Shown: piece by piece, positions 55,869 through 64,000 of the stretch
Layout: every line of letters begins with the position of its first letter
How positions within the stretch are numbered: position 1 is the stretch's first letter
Assembly: GCA_049607205.1 (NCBI GenBank)
Contig: JBMYWH010000004.1
Location: 54,825 to 118,824, forward strand
DNA: 64,000 nt
From: Flavobacteriaceae bacterium
GTDB taxonomy: Bacteria > Bacteroidota > Bacteroidia > Flavobacteriales > Flavobacteriaceae
Direction: 5' to 3'
Notes under the pieces: model-generated
What the model saw: the letters and a program-made list of their open reading frames with translations, nothing else
What the model was told of the DNA's origin: nothing
The model's database searches: none
Position numbers and translations under genes: made by a program

Positions 55869-56450
55869 ATGATTAACCACCTTCGAGGAAAATTAGTAGA
55901 AAAAAATCCAACCTATGCCGTTATTGAATGTAACGGTGTAGGTTATTTTGTTAATATATCCCTTCAAACTTTTGGAGCTTTAGGAGATCAGGAAGCGGTG
56001 TTTCTATATACCCATATGATCGTAAGAGAAGATGCTCATACCTTATTTGGATTTAAAACCGTTTTGGAACGCGAGATCTTTAGATTACTGATTTCTGTGT
56101 CTGGAGTGGGGCCGAGTACGGCAAGAACGATGTTGTCCTCTATGTCTCCGGAGGAGATTCAGCAAGGAATTGTTGGAGCGGATGTGGCTTTGATTCAATC
56201 TGTCAAGGGAATCGGAGCAAAAACTGCCCAACGTGTCATTCTCGACTTGAAGGATAAGATCATGAAGACCTATCAATTGGATGAGGTGGTACCTCAAAGA
56301 GAGATTTCCAGTAAAGAAGAGGCAATTTCTGCATTGGAGGTTCTTGGATTTACAAGAAAACAATGTGAAAAAGTGATCAATGGACTTCTTAAAATTGATC
56401 CACAACTCAGCGTTGAAGAACTCATTAAAAAAGCATTGAAAAGCCTGTAG
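55869..56450 (+). CDS. ruvA: Holliday junction branch migration complex subunit RuvA
   Basis: MINHLRGKLVEK..., HhH motifs (GVGPSTA, GIGAKTA). Start ATG 55869, 1 nt after the maeB stop. Confidence 0.93.
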   Translation: MINHLRGKLVEKNPTYAVIECNGVGYFVNISLQTFGALGDQEAVFLYTHMIVREDAHTLFGFKTVLEREIFRLLISVSGVGPSTARTMLSSMSPEEIQQGIVGADVALIQSVKGIGAKTAQRVILDLKDKIMKTYQLDEVVPQREISSKEEAISALEVLGFTRKQCEKVINGLLKIDPQLSVEELIKKALKSL

Positions 56451-56453
56451 ACC

Positions 56454-59400
56454 TTGAAACTAACCCCTAACTCATTTATAACCATTTTTACGGTAGTGGT
56501 CTTTTTGACGATGAGTGATTTAGGGTGGTCTCAAGTTATTGCCCCTGCAATAGATTCGGTTGCAACAGATTCAATTCCTAAACTTCCGTATCAGATAGGC
56601 CCTGGGGGGAAGGCGTCCTTGTATCTAGCTCCTTCTGTTACAAAAGAGGTGATATACGATCCTCAATTAAAAAAATACATCATTGTAGAAAAAATAGGAG
56701 ACTTTTATGTGAAGCCACCTATTTATATGAGCCCTAAGGAATATGAAGCATATTCTCTCGAGCGAGATATGTTGGATTATTATCAAAGTAAACTCAATGC
56801 TATAGATGGAGGATCTCCTTCGGATGAAGCGCGTAGAAATTTACTTCCTACTTATTATGTTGATAACGATTTCTTCGAATCGATTTTTGGAGGAAATGAA
56901 ATAGAAGTTAATCTGCAAGGAAGTGTTAATGTGAAGCTGGGTGTTATATATCAGCGCATAGAAGACCCTAAACTTTCAGAAAGAAATCGAGGAAATATCA
57001 ACTTTGATTTTGATCAACAAATTAGTGCCTCTGTAGTAGCGAAGATTGGAAAGAGGTTGAACGTATCGATGAACTATGATACCAATGCAACTTTTGATTT
57101 TCAAAACTTAGTTAAAATAGCATATACACCAACGGAGGATGATATCTTGAGAGCACTCGAAGTTGGTAATGTGAGTATGCCGGTTCAAAATAGTTTGATT
57201 CCTGGAGCCCAAAGTCTATTTGGTGCGAAGGCAGATTTACAATTTGGTCGCACTACAATTACCGGGGTTGTGTCGCAGCAGAATTCCGAGACTCAAAGAA
57301 TCTCGACCGAGTCTGGTGGGGCTTTGAATGAATTTGAGTTAAAGACCACAGACTACGATGTCAACCGACACTTTTTCTTAGCTCAGTACTTTAGAAACAA
57401 CTTTAACACGGCACTAGCTAATTATCCTCTTATTAATTCAGGAATTCAAATTTCTAAAGTTGAGATATGGATTACCAATAAACAAAGCCAAACAGAGAAT
57501 GTCAGGAACCTTGTGGGTCTTGTCGATATCGGGGAATCAGGTACCTCTAAAGAAGGAGGGAATAATATCACTAACCCTAACGTTATTCAGGAAAACCCAG
57601 GTCCGAATAATGAGCCAGATAACCAAGCAAATAATTTAAATACTTTACTTGATCCCAATGGCTCGATTAGGACTATTTCTGGTGTTCCTGGGGCTCTTGC
57701 TCCTTATGGAATGGATCAAGGAAAAGATTATTCTGTAATTGAAAATGCTCGTCGATTAGAGCCGAGCGAATATAAGTTGGATTCTCAATTGGGTTATATT
57801 TCTTTGAATAGAAGATTAGACGATGGTGAAGTTCTTGCCGTGGCTTTTCAGTATACGGATCAAACCGGTGCGGTTTATCAAGTAGGGGAGTTTTCAAGTG
57901 ATGGAATCAGTGCCCCTGATAACTTAGTGGTTAAATTATTGAGAAGTGAGGTTTTGTTTACAGCAGATCCTATTTGGAAGTTGATGATGAAGAATATTTA
58001 TGCCTTGGGTGCCTTTGGGGTGACTCAAGATGGATTTCGTCTAGAACTTCTTTATAAAGATGATCAAACCGGTGTTCCAATTAATAGTTTGCAAAATGCT
58101 AATACTGCTGGAGTTTCAGACCGTACTTTGATGAACTTACTTCACACGGATCGCTTGGATCAAAACAGTTTTGTGCAAGAAGGTGGAGATGGAATTTTTG
58201 ATTTCGTTCCTGGAGTAACTATTAATACAGAAAAGGGGTATTTGATGTTTCCTCAAACGGATCCTTTCGGATTTGATTTAGCTCAAGTTCTGGATGATCA
58301 AGATGATATATATGTCTTTACAGAGCTCTATGAACAAACCAAAGTCGATGCAGCAAATAATTATCAAAATAAAGATAAGTACTTAATTAAAGGATATTTC
58401 AAAGGGGATAGCCAAGGTGGAATATCCCTAGGAGCTTTTAATATTCCTAGAGGTTCTGTGGTGGTGACCTCAGGAGGAAGACAGTTGGTTGAAGGGGTAG
58501 ATTATGTAGTTGATTATCAAATGGGGGAAGTTCAAATTATCAATCCGGCCATTGAAGCTAATGGGGCTCCGATTGACGTAGCCTTGGAAAACAATAACCT
58601 GTTTAATCAACAGACTAAATCCTTTATGGGACTGGATGTTCAGCATCAATTTAGTGATGATTTCTTAGTTGGGGCAACGATTTTGAGTGTGAATGAGAAA
58701 CCATTAACCCAGAAAGTTGGGATTGGTTCAGAACCTATTAATAATACGGTCATTGGTTTCAATACAGCTTATGGTAGTGAAGTTCCTTTCTTGACCAATA
58801 TGGTAAATAAGTTGCCGTTTGTCGATACTGAAGTTCCTTCAAATGTTTCGATTCGTGCAGATGTTGCCATTTTGAGGCCGGGAGTTTCAAAAGGTATTGA
58901 ATTAAATGGAGAGCCTACCTCGTATATTGATGACTTTGAAGGAGCTCAGGTTCCCATTGATGTAGGAATTGCTTCTCAATGGTATACTTCGAGTACACCA
59001 CAAGGGTTTAATTTTGGTGGGGATTTAGTGAATGATCCTCGTTCGAATTATCAAAGAGCTCGTTTAGCCTGGTATACGATTGATCAATTGTTTTATGGAA
59101 GTAGTTCATTGAGACCAGAAAATATTGATGCAGATGAGTTGTCAAGAGCAGAGGTAAGGAGGGTGAGTACTACTGAGCTTTTTCCAAACCAAGAATTAGA
59201 CGCTACAGTATCTAATAATTTGAGAACTTTTGATATGGCCTATTTTCCTCAAGAAAGAGGAGCGTATAATTATGATTTGAATGTAGATGCTCAAGGTGAT
59301 TTAATGAATCCAGAAGAGCGTTGGGGAGGTTTGATGAGACCATTGACAACCAATGACTTTGATCAAGCCAATGTAAGTTATATACAGTTTTGGATACAAG

Positions 59401-62400
59401 ATCCTTATACCCAATATAGTATTACCGAGGAAGAAGGTCTTCCAAGCTCGGTAGATCCTAGTAATCCTGGAAATCAAGTTGGTGATTTGTATATTAACTT
59501 AGGTAATGTCTCTGAGGATGTTTTAAAAGATAATAGAAAAGGGTTTGAAAATGGACTTCCTGATAATGGGATAGATGATCAAGTGGATTATACGAATCTT
59601 GCACGTGTTTCGACCAAACAAGCGTTGCTTTATACCTTTGATGAAGATGACGCTACTAGGTTAAATCAAGATGTTGGATTTGATGGTTTGGATGATGAAA
59701 ATGAAAAATTGAACTTCGGTGATAATGCCATCTTAGGAAGTGATCCTTCTTCAGACAATTATCAGTTTTATCGAGGTTCTGACCTAGATGCTATGGGAGC
59801 AACTTTGATTGATCGTTATCGTTATTATAATAATACCGAAGGAAACTCACCGACCTTATCGATGTCCCCAGAATCTTATTCCACAGCAGCCACTAATTTT
59901 CCCGATATAGAGGATATTAATAAGGATAATACCATGAATAGTGTGGAGGCCTATTTCCAGTATAAGGTTTCTATGAAGTCATCGGATTTACAGGTAGGGA
60001 AGAACTTTGTTGTTGATGAAAAAGAAGTGCCGGTAACCCTCCCCAATGGGGAGACCAAAACCTTTAGATGGTTACAGTTCAGAATCCCAGTAAGGGATCC
60101 ATCATCTAAGGTGGGATCAATCAATGATTTTCATTCTATACGATTTATGCGAATGTTTATGACAGGGTTCAAGATGCCTGTGGTCTTGAGGTTTGCAAAG
60201 CTGGAGCTGGTAAGAGGAGATTGGAGAAGGTACCTTAAAACTATAGATCAGGATCCTCCTGTAGATTTAGATCCTGCAGAACAACGCATGTTTACTGAAG
60301 GAGTGGTTAATTTAGAAGAAAATGATACCCGAGTTCCAATCCCTTATGTAATGCCTCCTGGTATACAAAGAGAAAGTCTACAAGGTAGTGTTTATGTACT
60401 TCAACAAAATGAACAGTCAGTATCCTTGAAAGTTGAGGATTTACCTGCAGGTGAGACCAGAGCTTTATACAAGAATATGAGTTTAGATATGCGTATGTAT
60501 AAAAAGCTGGATCTTTTTATACATGCAGAAGGGGTTCAAGGTCGTCCTTTGGTTGAAGATGATGAGTTGATTGCAGTGGTGAGAATAGGTAGTGATTTAA
60601 CTGAGAATTATTACCAAATCGAACAACCTTTAAAAATTACCAGTTTCAATGCAGTTACTGCTGATGAAATTTGGCCGGAAGAAAATAATTTAGATGCTGT
60701 TCTAGCTCAATTGGCTCAGTTGAAATTAGAGCGATATCAGGCCTTTGATGGTGATTCAAATGAGTTATATCCCGCAGTGATTCCTGGGGAAGAGCCTGAG
60801 TTCAGAATTCGCGTTAAAGGAAATCCTAATTTAGGGAATATTCAAGCGGTTATGATGGGGGTACAGAACAATTCGAATATGCCCGTTAACGCTGAGTTGT
60901 GGTTTGATGAATTACGTCTCTCTGGATTTGAGAACGATGGAGGTTGGGCTGGAGTTCTTTCAGCTGACGCTAATTTAGCTGATTTTGCTGATCTTTCTTT
61001 GACTGCAGGGATAGAAACAACAGGTTTCGGTGGAGTAGAGGAATCACTTCAGGAACGTTCATTAGAGGATGTGAAGCAGTATGATTTCGTAACCAATATA
61101 AATTTAGGAATGTTAACTCCTAAGAAATGGGGACTGCAAATTCCTTTTAATTATGGAATGTCTGAAGAATTTAGAGACCCCAAGTATGATCAGCAATATC
61201 AGGATGTACTCTATAATGATGCGGCTGAAATCAACCCTAATTCTACTAATTCTAGATCCTATACTAAACGCAAGAATCTGAGTTTTATCAATGTGAAAAA
61301 GCAAAGGAATTTAGCTCCAGGAGAAGACCCTAAGTTTTACGATATTGAAAATTTCATGATGTCTTATTCTTTTAGTGAGATGAGTCATAGGGATTACAAT
61401 ATTGAGAGCGATATAGATCAGAACCTGAGAAGTTCTGCTAATTATACCTATACCAAGAGTCCGGATTTTATCAGTCCATTTAAAAACGTAGAGGCGTTTC
61501 AAAGCTCTTATTTGAAGTTTTTGAATGAGTTCAATTTTAATCCATTACCTACAACCATTGGTGTTAATGCTAATGTTCAAAGGAATTATACAGAACAACT
61601 CTCTAGGAATTTGATTCCTGATTTACCTCCAATGCCGACTTTAACCCAGCATAGATTCTTGTTCAATTGGGATTATAATATTGGTTATGATTTATCCCGT
61701 TCGTTGAGTGTTAATTTTAAAGCAGCGAATCATCATGTAAATGACAATCTTACGGGGGTTGAGGAAGTCGATATTTTTGATGAATTTTTTGTCGTTGGAC
61801 GTCCAGATAATTACAGGCAAACTTTAAATGCTACTTATCAACTACCATTTGATAAGATTCCATTTCTTGACTTCGTTGGAGGGGCTTATTCCTATACGGC
61901 TGATTTTGATTGGCAAGCGAGTTCTCAGTCCTATGTGGATCAGATCGGAAATACCATTCAAAATGCAAATACCCACAGTTTGAGCACTGATTTGAATTTT
62001 AATAAGCTATACAAATCAATAGGATTAGAATCTCTTTTCTATCCTAAGCCTAAACGAAATACCGAAGGCCCTCAGGCCAAAAAAAGCATTAGCAGAAAAC
62101 CTGAGTCGAGTGGTTTTAAAGATGGAGTATATGATGTTTTAACTATGGTTAAAAGAGCTAAAGTTTCTTATGCATCTAATAATGGTAGCTATATGCAAGG
62201 TTATATTCCAACGGTGGGCTTCTTAGGAAGGACTTCTTATAATAATGGATATGCACCAAGTTTAGGATTTGTCTTTGGATCTCAACAGGATATATTACAA
62301 GAAGCAGTTGCCCAAAATTGGATTGTATCTCGAGGTGAAGATGATCCTTATTATAACAAAGCCTATAATCAAACCGAATACACCAAGTTGGATTTCAATG

Positions 62401-63449
62401 CCAGTCTTAAACCTGTTAAGAATTTTGATATAGAGCTATTTGCTAATAGGATTTATGCGAAGAATGCTTCACAACAAGTTGATGTCATCGACGGGGTGTA
62501 TAACGATGCAATACCACTTAATCAAATTGGAAATTTTTCCATTAGTTATATGATGATCGGTACTAGTGGTGATAGTACAGAATCTCTGTTTGAAACTTTT
62601 AGAAATAATAGAGAAATAATCTCTAAAAGATTGAGTGAGGAAAGTGGTTTACCTCAGGAAGGTTTCGGGCTGGATAGCCAGCAGGTAATGCTTCCGGCTT
62701 TTGTGGCTGCCTATTCGGGGAAAAGTGCTGAAGATGTGAATATGGAGGCTATTAAAGAGACTCCGATTCCCAATTGGAAAGTGACCTACCGTGGACTTAT
62801 GAATCTCAAATGGTTTAAAGAAAACTTTTCGAATTTTACTTTAACCCACAATTATCAATCTTTTTATTCTATTGCAAATTTTAATGCGAATTTGAATTAC
62901 GACAAGAGTAATCCTGCTCAAGTGGATGCTTCAGGGAATTACCTAAATGAGCTTAACTATACAAACTTGAGTTTAATTGAGGAATTTTCTCCTTTGATTA
63001 AAGTAGATATGAGAATGAAAAACTCTTTTTCTTTGAAAGGAGAAGTTCATACGGACCGGATGTTTACGATGAATTTTAATAATGAAACGACTACTGAGGT
63101 TGTAGGTCAAGAATACGTGGTTGGTCTAGGGTATAGGGTGAAGGACGTTGCTTTTAGAACAAAAGTGAATGGTCGCTCTAAACGCTTAATTGGGGACTTG
63201 AATTTACGTATGGACCTCTCTATGAGGAATAATTTAACGTTAATTAGGAGTATTGATTCACAAAATAATCAAATAACAGGTGGTCAAACATTATTTTCTT
63301 TTAAATTTGCGGCAGATTATGCTTTGACCAGAGCAATGCAAGCATCGTTTTATTACGATCATAATACCTCTAGATATGCATTATCAACGACTTATCCACG
63401 ACAGAGTATTAACAGTGGTATAAGTTTAACATATAACTTAGGAAACTAA
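56454..63449 (+). CDS. sprA: T9SS outer-membrane translocon / cell-surface protein SprA
   Basis: 2331-aa secreted beta-rich protein of SprA size and composition, in the ruvA-sprA-gcvH context typical of flavobacteria. TTG is the first possible start after the in-frame ruvA stop and is needed for the signal peptide. Confidence 0.9.
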   Translation: MKLTPNSFITIFTVVVFLTMSDLGWSQVIAPAIDSVATDSIPKLPYQIGPGGKASLYLAPSVTKEVIYDPQLKKYIIVEKIGDFYVKPPIYMSPKEYEAYSLERDMLDYYQSKLNAIDGGSPSDEARRNLLPTYYVDNDFFESIFGGNEIEVNLQGSVNVKLGVIYQRIEDPKLSERNRGNINFDFDQQISASVVAKIGKRLNVSMNYDTNATFDFQNLVKIAYTPTEDDILRALEVGNVSMPVQNSLIPGAQSLFGAKADLQFGRTTITGVVSQQNSETQRISTESGGALNEFELKTTDYDVNRHFFLAQYFRNNFNTALANYPLINSGIQISKVEIWITNKQSQTENVRNLVGLVDIGESGTSKEGGNNITNPNVIQENPGPNNEPDNQANNLNTLLDPNGSIRTISGVPGALAPYGMDQGKDYSVIENARRLEPSEYKLDSQLGYISLNRRLDDGEVLAVAFQYTDQTGAVYQVGEFSSDGISAPDNLVVKLLRSEVLFTADPIWKLMMKNIYALGAFGVTQDGFRLELLYKDDQTGVPINSLQNANTAGVSDRTLMNLLHTDRLDQNSFVQEGGDGIFDFVPGVTINTEKGYLMFPQTDPFGFDLAQVLDDQDDIYVFTELYEQTKVDAANNYQNKDKYLIKGYFKGDSQGGISLGAFNIPRGSVVVTSGGRQLVEGVDYVVDYQMGEVQIINPAIEANGAPIDVALENNNLFNQQTKSFMGLDVQHQFSDDFLVGATILSVNEKPLTQKVGIGSEPINNTVIGFNTAYGSEVPFLTNMVNKLPFVDTEVPSNVSIRADVAILRPGVSKGIELNGEPTSYIDDFEGAQVPIDVGIASQWYTSSTPQGFNFGGDLVNDPRSNYQRARLAWYTIDQLFYGSSSLRPENIDADELSRAEVRRVSTTELFPNQELDATVSNNLRTFDMAYFPQERGAYNYDLNVDAQGDLMNPEERWGGLMRPLTTNDFDQANVSYIQFWIQDPYTQYSITEEEGLPSSVDPSNPGNQVGDLYINLGNVSEDVLKDNRKGFENGLPDNGIDDQVDYTNLARVSTKQALLYTFDEDDATRLNQDVGFDGLDDENEKLNFGDNAILGSDPSSDNYQFYRGSDLDAMGATLIDRYRYYNNTEGNSPTLSMSPESYSTAATNFPDIEDINKDNTMNSVEAYFQYKVSMKSSDLQVGKNFVVDEKEVPVTLPNGETKTFRWLQFRIPVRDPSSKVGSINDFHSIRFMRMFMTGFKMPVVLRFAKLELVRGDWRRYLKTIDQDPPVDLDPAEQRMFTEGVVNLEENDTRVPIPYVMPPGIQRESLQGSVYVLQQNEQSVSLKVEDLPAGETRALYKNMSLDMRMYKKLDLFIHAEGVQGRPLVEDDELIAVVRIGSDLTENYYQIEQPLKITSFNAVTADEIWPEENNLDAVLAQLAQLKLERYQAFDGDSNELYPAVIPGEEPEFRIRVKGNPNLGNIQAVMMGVQNNSNMPVNAELWFDELRLSGFENDGGWAGVLSADANLADFADLSLTAGIETTGFGGVEESLQERSLEDVKQYDFVTNINLGMLTPKKWGLQIPFNYGMSEEFRDPKYDQQYQDVLYNDAAEINPNSTNSRSYTKRKNLSFINVKKQRNLAPGEDPKFYDIENFMMSYSFSEMSHRDYNIESDIDQNLRSSANYTYTKSPDFISPFKNVEAFQSSYLKFLNEFNFNPLPTTIGVNANVQRNYTEQLSRNLIPDLPPMPTLTQHRFLFNWDYNIGYDLSRSLSVNFKAANHHVNDNLTGVEEVDIFDEFFVVGRPDNYRQTLNATYQLPFDKIPFLDFVGGAYSYTADFDWQASSQSYVDQIGNTIQNANTHSLSTDLNFNKLYKSIGLESLFYPKPKRNTEGPQAKKSISRKPESSGFKDGVYDVLTMVKRAKVSYASNNGSYMQGYIPTVGFLGRTSYNNGYAPSLGFVFGSQQDILQEAVAQNWIVSRGEDDPYYNKAYNQTEYTKLDFNASLKPVKNFDIELFANRIYAKNASQQVDVIDGVYNDAIPLNQIGNFSISYMMIGTSGDSTESLFETFRNNREIISKRLSEESGLPQEGFGLDSQQVMLPAFVAAYSGKSAEDVNMEAIKETPIPNWKVTYRGLMNLKWFKENFSNFTLTHNYQSFYSIANFNANLNYDKSNPAQVDASGNYLNELNYTNLSLIEEFSPLIKVDMRMKNSFSLKGEVHTDRMFTMNFNNETTTEVVGQEYVVGLGYRVKDVAFRTKVNGRSKRLIGDLNLRMDLSMRNNLTLIRSIDSQNNQITGGQTLFSFKFAADYALTRAMQASFYYDHNTSRYALSTTYPRQSINSGISLTYNLGN

Positions 63450-63465
63450 ATTAAAATTATAAAAT

Positions 63466-63846
63466 ATGAATATTCCTGCTGAATTGAAGTACACAAAAGA
63501 CCACGAATGGGTGGCTATCGAAGGAGATGTTGCTACAATTGGTATTACTGATTTTGCTCAAGGTGAACTTGGAGACATTGTTTATGTTGATGTTGATACT
63601 CTAGATGAAACTTTAGATATTGAAGAGGTATTCGGGTCTGTTGAAGCTGTAAAAACAGTTTCTGACTTGTTTATGCCTTTGTCTGGAGAGGTTATCGAGT
63701 TCAATGATGATTTAGAAGACGATCCGGAATTAGTGAATTCTGATGCATACGGAAAGGGATGGATGATTAAGATAAAAATGACTAATATAGAGGAAGTTTC
63801 CGATTTACTAGATGCTCAGGGGTATAAGGAGTTGGTTGGAGCCTAG
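63466..63846 (+). CDS. gcvH: glycine cleavage system protein H
   Basis: Lipoyl-lysine motif [10 protein letters not shown], 126 aa. Confidence 0.95.
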   Translation: MNIPAELKYTKDHEWVAIEGDVATIGITDFAQGELGDIVYVDVDTLDETLDIEEVFGSVEAVKTVSDLFMPLSGEVIEFNDDLEDDPELVNSDAYGKGWMIKIKMTNIEEVSDLLDAQGYKELVGA

Positions 63847-64000
63847 TTCCTTATGGATTGCCTTGTTCGGAACCATTTGTGTGGTTGCTTTGAGTTTGAC
63901 TAAAATAGGAGCTTATGTTCCTACACATGATGTCAACCACTTAGATAAGGTGATGCATTTCGGAGCTTATTTCGTTTTGACTGTCTTTTGGTTGTTTGCT
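63812..64000 (+). CDS. VanZ-like membrane protein, N-terminal part (runs off the window)
   Basis: Frame open to nt 64000 by hand translation: ...[16 protein letters not shown]...[22 protein letters not shown] (DK..H...Y..L VanZ-type motif). Start uncertain (ATG 63812 or TTG 63836). Confidence 0.5.
   Translation, partial: MLRGIRSWLEPSSLWIALFGTICVVALSLTKIGAYVPTHDVNHLDKVMHFGAYFVLTVFWLFA

Noticed and set aside
56448-56456. ruvA and sprA are in the same reading frame, separated only by TAG ACC. Possible stop-codon read-through fusion.
   Set aside because: A RuvA-SprA fusion makes no biological sense (a cytoplasmic DNA-repair protein and a secreted outer-membrane translocon). The TTG start supplies a normal signal peptide. 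Judged a coincidence of compaction.
1-64000. Searched for mobile elements, integrases, transposases, phage genes, toxin-antitoxin pairs, restriction-modification or other defence genes, CRISPR repeats, and rRNA or tRNA genes.
   Set aside because: None could be supported. Every ORF of 100 aa or more on the coding strand is either a recognisable housekeeping or envelope gene or a signal-peptide-bearing hypothetical. Intergenic regions are too short (mostly under 140 nt) to hold such elements.

Overview
AT-rich, very tightly packed chromosomal segment that reads as core genome of a Bacteroidota bacterium, most likely Flavobacteriia-type. Supporting signs: type-2 IleRS, GldD/GldE, SprA, PorP/SprF, a T9SS type-B C-terminal sorting domain, TAnnTTTG promoter boxes, and Gln after nearly every predicted signal-peptide cleavage site. 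I call 59 protein-coding genes. One is 5'-truncated at the left edge and one 3'-truncated at nt 64000. Two are absent from the ORF track: a 29-aa Arg/Lys-rich bS22-like ORF and a partial VanZ-like gene. No rRNA, tRNA, CRISPR array, transposase, integrase or phage gene was found. Content blocks, left to right: (1) LuxR fragment, KAS-like enzyme, bioB, rseP, SCO1, feoAB, panE-like. (2) leuS, orphan histidine kinase, crotonase, HD protein, bacilliredoxin, DjlA-like. (3) A T9SS cargo module: PorE-like OmpA protein, 1190-aa type-B-CTD adhesin, PorP/SprF. (4) ileS, dksA-like, lspA. (5) A minus-strand block with PhnA and a PLP decarboxylase, small membrane protein and outer-membrane barrel operon. 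(6) uvrC, patatin-POTRA-barrel protein, RNase G, HU, mutY, ssb, gldE, gldD. (7) rplU, rpmA. (8) A molybdenum-cofactor cluster: crp-like, moaA, moeA, moaC, mobA fusion, moeB, moaE, moaD, with three non-canonical inserts. (9) queG, maeB, ruvA, sprA, gcvH. I do not see a clear-cut novel multi-gene system such as a defence island, and the window looks ordinary rather than accessory. The best leads are the cargo-private PorE-like/PorP-like T9SS module and the 12-nt motif shared in front of its two non-ATG start codons. Further leads are an orphan promoter-hairpin-terminator unit upstream of ileS (candidate sRNA), the unannotated bS22-like micro-ORF, and the decarboxylase/membrane/barrel operon. The last leads are the membrane-spanning MutS-like ATPase and degenerate MobB domain embedded in the Moco cluster. 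All family assignments are by-eye motif recognition without database searches. Where I deviate from ORF-track starts, the reason is given.
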